Assembly: GCA_963841915.1 (NCBI GenBank) | Contig: CAWJEN010000006.1 | Span: forward strand, 1,568,001-1,632,000 | Direction: 5' to 3' | From: an uncultured Planctomycetota bacterium | GTDB lineage: Bacteria > Planctomycetota > Phycisphaerae > Tepidisphaerales > Tepidisphaeraceae | DNA: 64,000 bases | Part shown: piece after piece, positions 1 through 9,994 of the stretch | Numbering within the stretch: position 1 is the stretch's first letter | Layout: every line of letters begins with the position of its first letter | The notes under the pieces: model-generated | What the model was told of the DNA's origin: nothing | Seen by the model: the letters and a program-made list of their open reading frames with translations, nothing else | The model's database searches: none | Position numbers and translations under genes: made by a program

Positions 1-1
1 C

Positions 2-766
2 TATCTGCACGGGGCACACGTCACGCACTACAAGCCGGTCGGCGGGAGCGATGTGCTGTTTTTGAGCGAAAGGGCGGTTTTTGCCGACGGCGAAGCGATC
101 CGCGGCGGCATTCCGGTTTGTTTTCCCTGGTTTGCCGACAACAAGCCGGCGGCCGACGCTCCCAAGCACGGCATCGCCAGGACGCGTCCGTGGCAGCTCG
201 TCGAGGCACGTCGCGAGGGTGGCGACGCGGTCGTCGTGCTTCGGCTGAAGGACGATGCGACCAGTCGCCGATGGTGGCCGCACCGCTTCCGTTTCGACCT
301 GACGGTGCGGGTTGGCGCGACACTTCGCCTGGAAGCGAAGGTGACGCACCTAGGCGACGACTCGTGCAGGTGTGAGTTGGCGTTGCACACGTACTTCAAG
401 GTCACCGATGCAGAGAGCGTGAAGCTGAACGGCTTCGACGGCTGCAGCTACATCGACTCGATCGACGGCGGCCAAGTCAAAACGCAGCAGGGCGAACCGA
501 CGATCGATGGTGAAGTCGATCGCATCTACCAGGCACACGTCGGCGAAGTGACGATCAACGACGGCCAGCGCACGCTCGTCGTCAGCAAGAGCGGCAGCAA
601 CAGCACGGTGTTGTGGAACCCGCACGTCACCAAGGCGGCGTCGATGAGCGACTTCGGCGACGACGAGTGGCGTCACATGCTCTGCGTCGAAACCGCAGCC
701 ATTGGTGACCACGCCATCCACCTCGCCGGCGGTGAGACGCACACGATGAGCTTGACGATCGGCTGA
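2..766 (+). CDS. D-hexose-6-phosphate mutarotase (aldose 1-epimerase family), 5'-truncated by window edge
   Basis: Frame open from base 2 (YLHGAHV...). Motifs [28 protein letters not shown] and MLCVE are typical of YeaD/glucose-6-phosphate 1-epimerases. Confidence 0.9.
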   Translation, partial: YLHGAHVTHYKPVGGSDVLFLSERAVFADGEAIRGGIPVCFPWFADNKPAADAPKHGIARTRPWQLVEARREGGDAVVVLRLKDDATSRRWWPHRFRFDLTVRVGATLRLEAKVTHLGDDSCRCELALHTYFKVTDAESVKLNGFDGCSYIDSIDGGQVKTQQGEPTIDGEVDRIYQAHVGEVTINDGQRTLVVSKSGSNSTVLWNPHVTKAASMSDFGDDEWRHMLCVETAAIGDHAIHLAGGETHTMSLTIG

Positions 767-773
767 ACCCCGA

Positions 774-789
774 TGTTCCACGTGGAACA
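774..789. promoter_or_regulatory. parS site (ParB binding)
   Basis: Perfect 16-bp palindrome TGTTCCACGTGGAACA in an intergenic position. Confidence 0.85.
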
Positions 790-830
790 GCCGGTGGCAC
801 AGGCCGACAGGGCTCGTAGAGTGCCCGCCT

Positions 831-1730
831 ATGAGCATCCTGGTCAACAGCGACACCAAAGTCATCTGCCAAGGCATCACCGGTTCGGCCGGGGCTTTTC
901 ACACCAAAGGCTGCCTCGAGTACGGCACGAAGATGGTCGGCGGCGTCACGCCCGGTAAGGGCGGCACGAAGGACGACAACGGCTTGCCCATCTTCAACAC
1001 GGTGCAGGAAGCCGTCGACGCCACAGGGGCCGACGCCACGATGATCTTCGTGCCGCCACCGTTCGCAGCCGACGCGATCATGGAGGCGGCAGACGCGGGC
1101 GTGAAGCTTATCGTCGGCATCACCGAGGGCATACCGGTGCTCGACATGGTCAAGGCCAAGGAGTTCCTCAAGAGCACGCCCGGCGTGCACCTCATCGGCC
1201 CCAACTGCCCGGGTGTCATCACGCCGGGACAGTGCAAGATCGGCATCATGCCCGGCTACATCCACAAACCGGCAGGCGAGGCCGAGAGTGGTAAGAAGGT
1301 TGGCATCATCAGCCGGTCGGGCACGCTGACCTACGAAGCGGTCTGGCAGTGCGGCCAACGCGGCATCGGCCAGACCACCGCCGTCGGCATCGGTGGCGAC
1401 CCGGTGAAGGGACTCAACTACATCCAGCTGCTGCAGATGTTCCAGGACGACCCGGAGACGGACGGCGTCATCCTGATCGGTGAGATCGGCGGCACCGACG
1501 AAGAAAATGCCGCCGACTGGGCCAAGGAGCACATGTCCAAGCCGCTGGCTGCGTTCATCGCGGGTCGCACGGCCCCTCCCGGTAAGCGGATGGGCCACGC
1601 CGGCGCGATCATCTCCGGTGGCGAAGGCGACGCCGAGAGCAAGATCGCCGCCCTCAAGGCCGGCGGCTTCGAGGTCGCCATGTCGCCCGCCACGATGGGT
1701 GAGGCGATGGCGACTGCGCTCGGCTTGTAA
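831..1730 (+). CDS. sucD: Succinate--CoA ligase alpha subunit
   Basis: MSILV...QGITG...[23 protein letters not shown] and the MGHAGA phosphohistidine motif. Confidence 0.97.
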   Translation: MSILVNSDTKVICQGITGSAGAFHTKGCLEYGTKMVGGVTPGKGGTKDDNGLPIFNTVQEAVDATGADATMIFVPPPFAADAIMEAADAGVKLIVGITEGIPVLDMVKAKEFLKSTPGVHLIGPNCPGVITPGQCKIGIMPGYIHKPAGEAESGKKVGIISRSGTLTYEAVWQCGQRGIGQTTAVGIGGDPVKGLNYIQLLQMFQDDPETDGVILIGEIGGTDEENAADWAKEHMSKPLAAFIAGRTAPPGKRMGHAGAIISGGEGDAESKIAALKAGGFEVAMSPATMGEAMATALGL

Positions 1731-1790
1731 TCGACGGTTGGTGCCACTGCAAAGGTGCAGTGCCACCGGCTTTGGGTGTACAATGTCTCC

Positions 1791-2450
1791 ATGCCGTTGC
1801 TGGACACGCCACCGCAGATGAAGACGCCGCGTCGGCCGTCGCTGCCCGACTACATCCCGTCGTTGCAGAACGGCGACCACCTGTCGCACGCCGAGTTCAT
1901 GCGTCGCTACGAAGCCATGCCCGGCGTGACGGCCGAACTGATTAACGGAACCGTCTACATGGCCAGCCCCGTCCGACTCACCCAACACGGCAAGCCGCAC
2001 GCTCACCTCGTCGGCTGGCTCGTCGCCTACTGCAGCCGACATCTCGACGTCGAGATCGGCGACAACGTGACCGTCGTTCTCGGTCAGGACACCGACCCGC
2101 AACCCGACGCTTGCCTCCTGCTCCCCGAGTCCCGCGGCGGGCGGGCCAAGCTCGTCGACGGCTACGTCCACGGCCCGCCGGAGCTGATCGTCGAAGTCGC
2201 CGCCAGCACCGCAAGTCTCGACGCCAACGCCAAGGCCGAGGCCTACCACGCCGCCGGCGTCCGCGAGTACCTGCTCTGGCGGACGGAAGAAGAACGCATC
2301 GACTGGTACGAACACACGGGCGACCGCTACCTCGCCATGACCCCCAATGCCGACGGCCTTGTCGAAAGCAACCTCTTCCCCGGCCTGATCCTCGACCCCG
2401 CCGCCCTGCTCCGCGGGGATCTGGCGACAGTGCTTGCGCAACATTCCTGA
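1791..2450 (+). CDS. Uma2 family (DUF820) putative endonuclease
   Basis: LQNGDHLSHAEF, ELINGTVYMASP, PQPD, PELIVEVAAST, GVREYLLW. Start chosen 6 nt after TACAAT. Confidence 0.9.
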   Translation: MPLLDTPPQMKTPRRPSLPDYIPSLQNGDHLSHAEFMRRYEAMPGVTAELINGTVYMASPVRLTQHGKPHAHLVGWLVAYCSRHLDVEIGDNVTVVLGQDTDPQPDACLLLPESRGGRAKLVDGYVHGPPELIVEVAASTASLDANAKAEAYHAAGVREYLLWRTEEERIDWYEHTGDRYLAMTPNADGLVESNLFPGLILDPAALLRGDLATVLAQHS

Positions 2451-2453
2451 CTA

Positions 2454-3698
2454 TTAAACGTTACCTTGGGGCGCGATCGCCTGTTCTTTGCCCGACGTTT
2501 CAGCATCGGCGTGGTCTGAAAAGTGCTTCGCCAAGGCTGCGGTAATCTTCTGTGACTGGGCCTCAAAGCCGTCAAGGTGCTTGCGAATCGCCGCCATGGC
2601 CCCTTCAGCGTCGGTAGGTAAACCCTGGTCCAATGGTACCAGCCGCTTCGTCATTAAACGGGTCCACTTTCCCGTCACGTTGGATCCTCCGAGCTTAAGG
2701 CCGAGGTCGTTATCAGGATGTGTCAGGGCTTTGATCAATGTGTTCCGTGCTTCCTGATCGTCCGTTGGTCCCACTTGGACATAGAACCGTAGATGGTTCT
2801 TCCCTGCATCGAAGTAGACACGCAGCCACCCGGTCGGCTTGAACTGGGCGATGGACCCGATGGGCGGTAGCAGATCAGCCCAAGCCGCAGGCTGACAGTC
2901 CACACGCCTGCCGGTCACGTTTAACACGAGCCAACTGCCGCGCGACTCAAGCTCGCCGCGGATGTCTGAGAGCAGTCCGCGACCCTGCTCCTTGATGCGA
3001 GCGAAGATGAGGTCGAGCGCCTGCCGGTGGTTCGCGTACAGGCGGTCGCAGAGCGCGTCTAGATCGGGATCGGGCATGTAGCGGGTGGCGACAAGACGAA
3101 GGTAGTGGCGGACGAAGGCGGCGACGTCGGCGTTCATCGACGTGGCGTTGATTTCCGTCGCCCGTGAGAGGATGCGGTAAAGGTCGCTGTAGCCGTAGGC
3201 AACCCACTCGTCATCGCTCGGAACGTCACCGTCAGGGGTGAGGAAGACGAAGAGCGGCTTCAGACCCGGAAACTCCGTCAGCACCGTCTGCCGGTAGCGG
3301 GCGAGTTGATTCGAGTGTTCCCCCGAGAAGACCTTGTTCTCGACCGCGATCACGAAGTGGGGTGGATGACGATGCACGAGCAGCAGGTCGATGTTTCGCC
3401 ACTCTCGTCGCACCTCGACATCCCCGAGCGGCTCACCGTCGACCTCTGCCGGGCTCAGTGGTCGCGTCGTCGGATCGACCCGCCGCAGTACGTCCATCAG
3501 CACCGGCCGAAGGAAGGCGGCACCCAGTCCGTGAGTCTCGGATGGGTTGAGGAGCCAGGCGAGGAAGTTGCTGTGCCGGATCTCAGCCGTCGCGACGCCA
3601 AGGGCATCAAAGACATTGAACCTCCCGACCCGCGCCTCGAGCACGCCGAGGTCGTCGTTGTCGCAGACGAAGCGGTCCAGCGCCTCAAGATCAGTCAT
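2454..3698 (-). CDS. PD-(D/E)XK nuclease family protein (PDDEXK_4-like)
   Basis: EIRHSNFLAWLLNP, REWRNIDLL, IAVENKV, QLARY motifs; C-terminal domain unassigned. Confidence 0.85.
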   Translation of the reverse strand: MTDLEALDRFVCDNDDLGVLEARVGRFNVFDALGVATAEIRHSNFLAWLLNPSETHGLGAAFLRPVLMDVLRRVDPTTRPLSPAEVDGEPLGDVEVRREWRNIDLLLVHRHPPHFVIAVENKVFSGEHSNQLARYRQTVLTEFPGLKPLFVFLTPDGDVPSDDEWVAYGYSDLYRILSRATEINATSMNADVAAFVRHYLRLVATRYMPDPDLDALCDRLYANHRQALDLIFARIKEQGRGLLSDIRGELESRGSWLVLNVTGRRVDCQPAAWADLLPPIGSIAQFKPTGWLRVYFDAGKNHLRFYVQVGPTDDQEARNTLIKALTHPDNDLGLKLGGSNVTGKWTRLMTKRLVPLDQGLPTDAEGAMAAIRKHLDGFEAQSQKITAALAKHFSDHADAETSGKEQAIAPQGNV

Positions 3699-3716
3699 CG
3701 ACTGTAAAGATAGTCA

Positions 3717-3811
3717 CGTAGGGTGGGCCCCGGCCCACCTCTGGAAGACCGGAAAAAGACGCGAGTCGGAAGAAGACGCCGACCGGATGGTGGGTCGGGG
3801 CCCACCCTACG
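3717..3811. repeat. Inverted pair of GTAG-type REP-like palindromes (REPIN-like)
   Basis: CGTAGGGTGGGCCCCGGCCCACC (3717-3739) and its near reverse complement GGTGGGTCGGGGCCCACCCTACG (3789-3811). Confidence 0.75.
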
Positions 3812-3856
3812 CGTCTCACGCCCGGTGCCACGACACAGCGTGTAGTAGGGTTGCCT

Positions 3857-3974
3857 GGTGCCACGGCTTGAGCCGCCGTCTGCGGCGGGCAAGCCGTGTC
3901 GGTGACGTCGTGCGCCGCAACACGGTTCCGGACACGGGTTGCCCGCATCGGAATGCGGCTCAAACCGTGGCACC
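3857..3974. repeat. MITE/REP-like element with 20-bp terminal inverted repeats
   Basis: GGTGCCACGGCTTGAGCCGC (3857-3876) and GCGGCTCAAACCGTGGCACC (3955-3974), one mismatch. Confidence 0.65.
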
Positions 3975-3993
3975 AAGCTGCATTCTCTTCTTG

Positions 3994-4140
3994 TTCCCGC
4001 GCAAGTCTGGTTCGTGGTCGAACAAGGTTGGCTCCTGATCGCGCAGAATGAGATGTGGGTCGCGCAAGTCGGGATGTTGATCGCGCCCGAAGGAGTCTTG
4101 ATCGCGCAAGATTGAATCTTGATCGCGCAAGATTCGATTT
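3994..4140. repeat. Degenerate 21-bp tandem repeat, about 7 units
   Basis: Core TGATCGCGCAAG or variants start at 3994, 4015, 4036, 4057, 4078, 4099 and 4120. Confidence 0.7.
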
Positions 4141-4383
4141 TGCGCTACCGCGTGGGGAGGTTGTCGGACGTGATACCGCGTTTGCCGTGCGTCAGGGGCG
4201 TTCGGGGCCGTCGGCGGTGGAGGGAGGTCCGGGAAATGCGGGTGTCGGGGGTGTTGGGGGTGTGTGGGTTTGGGACGGGGTGTGAGGGGGGGAAAGCGGG
4301 TGGTGAGCGAAAAACTTCAGCTCGTCTTCAGCGGTGTCGGGGCGGGGTCGATGAGGCGGGTGAGCTTGGCCGGGGACGTTTGC

Positions 4384-4443
4384 GTCCCCCGTCCCCCGTC
4401 CCCCGTCCCCCGTCCCCCGTCCCCCGTCCCCCGTCCCCCGTCC
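4384..4443. repeat. Perfect heptamer tandem repeat (GTCCCCC)8
   Basis: Eight exact units at 4384-4439 plus a partial unit. Confidence 0.95.
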
Positions 4444-4644
4444 GCTCGACGGCCGTCGGCCCGTGGGCGACGTTCGAGGTTTGCTTCGGCGTGGCGACAC
4501 AAGCCCCCGCCCAGGCCACGACCGCGACGGTGACCGAAGAGAACGAGGGCCTGCGGATCGCCGCATAAGGCGTCCCCCCCCCCCCCACCCACCTTCACCC
4601 CCCTGATCCCTGCGCCCCTGCGTCCGCTGTGCGGGCGCAGGGGT

Positions 4645-6498
4645 TCAAACGTCTTGCACCCGACGGCGGAGCAGGAGCAGGCCGCCCATGGCGACAACGC
4701 CGGCCGTCGCGGGTTCGGGGACGACGCTGGCGGCCCAGGCGTCGGCCATGGCGAGGTCGGAGGCGCTGACGCTGTTGCCGAAGTTGCCGCGGAGGATGGC
4801 GAAGTCGAGGATGGAGACGACGCCGTCGAAGTTGAAGTCACCGATGGACGCGCCACTCAGGCCGATTTGGCCGAAGTTGCTGCGAAGCACCGCAAAGTCG
4901 AGGATGCTGACGGTGCCGTCGTCGTTTGCGTCGCCGGGGTTGGAGAGGTCGGGGTCGAGCGTCAGGATCGACAGCGAGTAGCCGGGCAGGAGACTGGAGA
5001 GCTGGCCGCTTGTGATGCTGCCTGCTGCGTTGCCGAGGAGGAGCGTCGGATCGAACGGGGCGTCGTCTTGCGCCCAGATCGGCAGGGTCAGGTTGACGGC
5101 AGTGAGGCCGTTCGCGTCGGCGTCTTCGGCGAGGTAGGTCGTCCTGTCCCGCACGTCGTAGCTGGAAAGGCCGTCGAGGTTGAAGGCTTGTTCGCCGTCG
5201 TCACGGTTCATGATGAGGAAGACGAGCGAGCCATCATCGTTGCGCAGGGCAGCGGTTTGGAAGACGCCGGGGTCGACAAGGCCTTCGATGTCGAAGCCGA
5301 GCGACGGGTTGCTGTCGGGCTCGACTTCCACGACTTGCTTGGCTTCTCCGGTGAGGTGGCTCAGGTGGGAGAAGATGACACCCGCCGGGCTGACGAGGCC
5401 GCTCGTGGTGCCGACGGAGTCGCCCAACGCCCAGCCGTTGCCGCCTTCGACGGCGTGGAAGTTCATCACTTCGATGTCATCGGGCCGTTGCAGCGCGGTG
5501 AGCAGGAAGCCGGCGGTGTAGAGGGCGTTCCAACCGGTTTCTTCCGTCGAGCGGATGAAGGCCTCGTTGGGGCGGTTCACCGGTGAGTTGTCGCTGTAGG
5601 CGATGACGTTGTATTCGGTGATCCAGATCGGCAGATCGTCGTAAAGCTGCTCGATGATGTTGGCAGCGCGGCCGATCGTGACCTGCGGGAAGGCGAGGAA
5701 AGCACCGCGGGCGTCGGCTGCCGCGTAGTTCTCGAGGGCGTCGCCGTTCATCTCGTAGTGGTGGAGAATCAGGGCGTCGAACGCCGGCCGGCCGGGTGTG
5801 TTGCGGGTGGCCCAGACCTCGTCGTTCCAGTTGTCGGTGCGACTGTTGCCGGTGATCTCGCCACCAAAGAGGAACTCGGTGCGGAAGTTCGCCCCGATTT
5901 TGGCATTGGGGGCGGTTGTGCGGATCGATTGGGCGAAGTCGCCGATGCGGTTGCCGTAGCGACCACCTCTGCCGCCGAGCCACTCTGCGGTCCAGAAGTA
6001 GGCTTCGTTGTCGGCCTCGATGTAGGTGACGTCGCCGCCATCAAGGTTGTCGACGAAACTGATCATGTCGTCGGCATCGTTCTCGCGGGTCGTCAGGTTG
6101 ACGACCCACTGCTGTTGCACGCCCGCACGGGCGGCGAAGTCGACGAAGCGGTCTGTCGTGAACGTGCCGGCAGGTCTTGCGTTAACCCAGTCGTTGGCCC
6201 CGTTGTTGACGAACCACGGCTGCGACCAGATGTTGGTGATCTCGTTCTCAGGAATGAAGCCACCGGCCTGCCAATCCCAGAAGCTGCTCGGGCTGCCGCC
6301 GATGTAGCGGAGGTTCTTGACGCCCAGAGCACCGACAAGGGCCTCGTGCGCCGGGCTGTTCATGAGGTTGTCGTAGTTGGCGTAGTTCTGATTACCGCCG
6401 AACCACATGTCGTTGATGGCAGCCGTCTGGCCGTTGTCAGCGACGGCCAAAGTAGAACAAGTCGCCGACACGGCAACCGCGAGGAGAGGGTAGCGCAT
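4645..6498 (-). CDS. Secreted clan-A glycoside hydrolase-like protein with dockerin-like repeats and PEP-CTERM
   Basis: Signal peptide; LRYIGGS, DNE and WITEYN catalytic-like motifs; two GDxNxDGxVSILDF repeats; VPEP + TM + RRR tail. Confidence 0.75.
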   Translation of the reverse strand: MRYPLLAVAVSATCSTLAVADNGQTAAINDMWFGGNQNYANYDNLMNSPAHEALVGALGVKNLRYIGGSPSSFWDWQAGGFIPENEITNIWSQPWFVNNGANDWVNARPAGTFTTDRFVDFAARAGVQQQWVVNLTTRENDADDMISFVDNLDGGDVTYIEADNEAYFWTAEWLGGRGGRYGNRIGDFAQSIRTTAPNAKIGANFRTEFLFGGEITGNSRTDNWNDEVWATRNTPGRPAFDALILHHYEMNGDALENYAAADARGAFLAFPQVTIGRAANIIEQLYDDLPIWITEYNVIAYSDNSPVNRPNEAFIRSTEETGWNALYTAGFLLTALQRPDDIEVMNFHAVEGGNGWALGDSVGTTSGLVSPAGVIFSHLSHLTGEAKQVVEVEPDSNPSLGFDIEGLVDPGVFQTAALRNDDGSLVFLIMNRDDGEQAFNLDGLSSYDVRDRTTYLAEDADANGLTAVNLTLPIWAQDDAPFDPTLLLGNAAGSITSGQLSSLLPGYSLSILTLDPDLSNPGDANDDGTVSILDFAVLRSNFGQIGLSGASIGDFNFDGVVSILDFAILRGNFGNSVSASDLAMADAWAASVVPEPATAGVVAMGGLLLLRRRVQDV

Positions 6499-6642
6499 CC
6501 TGTAATGTTACAGCATTCGCGTCGCTGATGAAGGTGGATTGCGCAAAAACCGGCGGGTGAAGCACTCGTGGCAAATATGCGGTGGTAACGCCTCTCGCCT
6601 CGACGCCACGAGCGGCACCACTTGCAACGGCGTCGTCAACGT

Positions 6643-8778
6643 CTACGCCGCAACGTTCTCGGCCAGCTGATCGGCTGACCGTTCGGTTTGCAGCTCGACC
6701 ATGCGTGCGTAGCGGCCCGACGTGGCGAGTAGCTCCTCGTGCGTGCCAACCTCTGCCAGACGACCGTCGACCAGGACCGCGATGACGTCGGCATTGCGAA
6801 TCGTGCTGAGGCGGTGGGCGATGACAAAGCTCGTCCGGTCCTTCATCAGGCCGCTCAGGCTCGCCTGGATCAGTCGCTCGCTTTCGGCGTCAAGGTTGCT
6901 CGTCGCCTCATCGAGGATGAGAATCTTGGGGTCGGCCAGGATCGCACGGGCGATCGTGATGCGTTGACGCTGACCGCCTGAAAGCTTGACGCCGCGCTCG
7001 CCGATGAGCGCGTCGTAGCCGCCTTCGAGCTTGGCGATGAAGCCGTCAGCATTGGCGAGTTTGGCCGCCCGCTCGACGTCTGCCTGCGTTGCCGTCCGGT
7101 TGCCGTAGGCGATGTTCTGCGACAGCGTGCCGTCGAAGAGGAACGTGTCCTGCTCGACGATGGCCAGCAGGCCACGGTAGTCGTCGACGTCGTAATCCCG
7201 CACGTCGCGACCGTCGAGCAGAATGCGTCCGCTCGTCGGGTCGAAGAAGCGGGCAATGAGGTTGCACAGCGTCGTCTTGCCCGCACCACTCGGGCCGACG
7301 AGCGCGACCGTGGTGCCGGGTGGCACGTCGAGGGTCACGCCCTCCAGAACAGGGTCGCCCAAGCCGGGTGCCTCGTCGCCCAGATCACCCGACTGCAGCG
7401 GGTAGGCGTAGCCGATGTTATCGAGCTTGATGTTGCCGACGACGGTCTCGCGGGCGATTGGCACGCCCGGGTTGTCGCTGTTTCGCCCGAATTCGGGCGT
7501 TTCGTTCATAAGGTCGAGTGTGCGGTCGAGGCCGGCAAGCTGGTTCTGCAGGGCGGTCGCACTAGTCGCCAGCATCGCGATCGGCTGAAGCAGGCCGAGC
7601 AGGAAGGCGATGAAGGTCGTGAGGTCACCGGCGGTCATCCCGGGGTTGCCGGCCTCGTCCAGTTGCGTACCGAGGATGCCGCCGTACAGCAGCAGGCCGG
7701 CAAGGGCGACGGGGATGATGATTTGCCACGCGCTGTCGATGCCACGCATCCACCACCAGGTGTACATCTCCTGGCGGGCCATGAGGTGGTTGTTGGCGGC
7801 GAAGCTGACGGCCTCACCGCGCTGACGATTGAACGTGCGGACCACCCGCATGCCGCCGAACGACTCGGTGGCGTGTGAGTCCGTAATCTGCCGTGTCGAG
7901 CGGATGTCGCGGAACAGCGGGCGGATGCGGTTGATCCATGTGCGGTGCGTCACCCAGACAACCGGAATCACGACAAGAACACTGAGTAGCAGCTCCCATT
8001 GGATCCAAACGAGCGCTGCCAGCGACAGAACGAGCTGCACGATCGCTTTGACCGGGTTGTAGAGAATCGAGAAGACGAGCTCGCCGACATTGCCGGCGTC
8101 GTCGCGAAGGATGCTCGCTACACCGCCGGACTTGATGTCCTGGACACGGTGCAGCGGCAGGCGGACGGCGTGGTCGAAGGCGATCCGACGGGCGTGCACG
8201 CTCGTGCGCTTGCTCGCAAGCGTCGCCTGCCAGCGACTCCAAAGCGTCAGAGGAAGCGTGACAAGAGCGATGAGGACGCTCAGGCCGACAACCCAGTAGA
8301 GCAGGCCCAGACGGCTGTCGGCTGAGAGGCCGACACTGGTGAGGAAGGTCCGAAGAATGGCGGGCCGCGCCTCGCCGGCGTCGGTGCCGCCGAGGATGAC
8401 GTAGTCGATGACAACCTTCGGGGCGAAGTTCGGCGCGAGCGCCATCGCGGTGCCGATGGACGTGATGATCAACGCGGAGATGACGCGTCGCTTCTGGTCG
8501 TTGAGGATGCTCCAGAACTGCTTAAGCAGCTCCCCGACGCCGCGGTTGCGTTTGCCGCTGCGTCGGCGGCTGACGATGACGCCTTCGCGTGTCGATTCTT
8601 TCCGCTTCTCGTCAAGCTTTTCCTTGAGCTGATCGTCGGAGAGGTCCTTTTGCCGACTGGCCTCGTCGAGCTCGCGAGCGGTCTGCCGGTACTTGCGGTA
8701 GCGGCGTCCTGAGGAACGGCGGAAACGGATCGAACGCTCATCCGGCAGCACGTCGGCCGGGTTGTCAACAACTGTCAC
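6643..8778 (-). CDS. ABC exporter, fused permease/ATPase
   Basis: TM domain followed by GPSGAGKT, LSGGQRQR, ILDEAT and IAHRL. Confidence 0.95.
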   Translation of the reverse strand: MTVVDNPADVLPDERSIRFRRSSGRRYRKYRQTARELDEASRQKDLSDDQLKEKLDEKRKESTREGVIVSRRRSGKRNRGVGELLKQFWSILNDQKRRVISALIITSIGTAMALAPNFAPKVVIDYVILGGTDAGEARPAILRTFLTSVGLSADSRLGLLYWVVGLSVLIALVTLPLTLWSRWQATLASKRTSVHARRIAFDHAVRLPLHRVQDIKSGGVASILRDDAGNVGELVFSILYNPVKAIVQLVLSLAALVWIQWELLLSVLVVIPVVWVTHRTWINRIRPLFRDIRSTRQITDSHATESFGGMRVVRTFNRQRGEAVSFAANNHLMARQEMYTWWWMRGIDSAWQIIIPVALAGLLLYGGILGTQLDEAGNPGMTAGDLTTFIAFLLGLLQPIAMLATSATALQNQLAGLDRTLDLMNETPEFGRNSDNPGVPIARETVVGNIKLDNIGYAYPLQSGDLGDEAPGLGDPVLEGVTLDVPPGTTVALVGPSGAGKTTLCNLIARFFDPTSGRILLDGRDVRDYDVDDYRGLLAIVEQDTFLFDGTLSQNIAYGNRTATQADVERAAKLANADGFIAKLEGGYDALIGERGVKLSGGQRQRITIARAILADPKILILDEATSNLDAESERLIQASLSGLMKDRTSFVIAHRLSTIRNADVIAVLVDGRLAEVGTHEELLATSGRYARMVELQTERSADQLAENVAA

Positions 8779-8827
8779 GTCCGATCATAGCAGCGGCAAC
8801 CGGGGTGCTTTCGGAAGCTGCTGCGGC

Positions 8828-9994
8828 TCACCGCCGACTCACGCCACGGCGGATGGCGTCTTTGCCGAGTTTGTCACGGATCTTGTCGAGCGTCTGATCG
8901 ACTCGCCGGTCGCGGCCATCAGTGCCGGAATCGAAGAGATCGAGCTGTGGGGCGGCAGGTGGATCACCCAGATCCCCCAGCGAAACGCCCAGAAGTCGCA
9001 GCGGGCGGAGCTCGCGGGTGGCCCAGGCGTCGAAGAGATCGCGGGCGGCGTGCCAGAGTTGCAGAGTCGCGTCAGTCGGCTTGTCGAGTGTCGAGCGGCG
9101 GGTGAAGGTGACGAACTCGCGATACGTGCCGCCGTGACGAAATTTGACGGTGACGCACCGCGACATGCGGCCCGTCCTGCGGAGGCGGCTAGCGACGTGC
9201 TCGACCTGACCCAGCAGGACGTCCCGCAAGACATCTGCGTCACCGATGTCCTGGCCGAATGTGTGCTCATTGCCGATGCCTTTGGCCTCGCGTTCGGGTA
9301 CGACAGGTCGATCGTCGAGGCCGAGCGCGAGTCGCCTGAGACCTTGCCGTTCGGCGAAGAACTCGTCGGGCATGGTCATCACGTCACCGACGGTTTTGAT
9401 GCCGAAGCGAGCGAGCTTCTTCTGGGCCGCCGGTCCGATGCCGGGAAGCGTGCCGATCGGCAGCGGGTCGAGGGTGGCGCGGACGGCGTGCGGCTCGATG
9501 ACCACGAGCGCGTCGGGTTTCCTCAAGTCGCTGCCGAGCTTGGCCAGAAACTTGTTCGTCGCTACGCCGACGCTGCAGTTGAGGTTGACGGTCTGGCGGA
9601 CACGTCGGCGGATATCGGTAGCGATGGTCGGGCCGTCGCCGAACAGGCGTGTGCTGCCGGTGACGTCGAGGTACGCCTCGTCAAGGCTGGCGGGTTGAAC
9701 AAGCGGCGTGTAGCTCCGCAGAATGGCGAAAACCGCATCGCTCACCTCGCGGTACTTGGCGAAGCTGCCGCGGACGATGCGGGCGTGCGGGCACAGGCGA
9801 AGCGCTTCGCCCGTGGGCATCGCGCTGCGACACCCGAAGACGCGTGCCTCGTAGCTGGCCGCCTGCACCACGCCTCTTGGCGGTCGACCGGCGACGAGCG
9901 TCGGCACGCCCCGCAGTGACGGATCGTCACGCTGCTCGACCGACGCGAAGAAGGCGTCCATGTCGACATGCAGCACCGTTCGCGGCCAAGTCAT
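8828..9994 (-). CDS. dinB: DNA polymerase IV (Y family)
   Basis: HVDMDAFFASVE, SYEAR, SLDEAYLD, NKFLAKLGSD. Confidence 0.95.
   Translation of the reverse strand: MTWPRTVLHVDMDAFFASVEQRDDPSLRGVPTLVAGRPPRGVVQAASYEARVFGCRSAMPTGEALRLCPHARIVRGSFAKYREVSDAVFAILRSYTPLVQPASLDEAYLDVTGSTRLFGDGPTIATDIRRRVRQTVNLNCSVGVATNKFLAKLGSDLRKPDALVVIEPHAVRATLDPLPIGTLPGIGPAAQKKLARFGIKTVGDVMTMPDEFFAERQGLRRLALGLDDRPVVPEREAKGIGNEHTFGQDIGDADVLRDVLLGQVEHVASRLRRTGRMSRCVTVKFRHGGTYREFVTFTRRSTLDKPTDATLQLWHAARDLFDAWATRELRPLRLLGVSLGDLGDPPAAPQLDLFDSGTDGRDRRVDQTLDKIRDKLGKDAIRRGVSRR

Noticed and set aside
627..2444. Long antisense ORFs (also 12241-13974, 23079-24416, 14813-15937 and others)
   Set aside because: They are shadows of well-supported genes in high-GC DNA.
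3994..4443. CRISPR array
   Set aside because: Periods of 21 and 7 bp with no unique 30-40-bp spacers, and no cas genes.
4119..4856. ORFs with PRPPSPV / GDGGRGT repeats
   Set aside because: They are translations of the heptamer repeat, with no other coding evidence.
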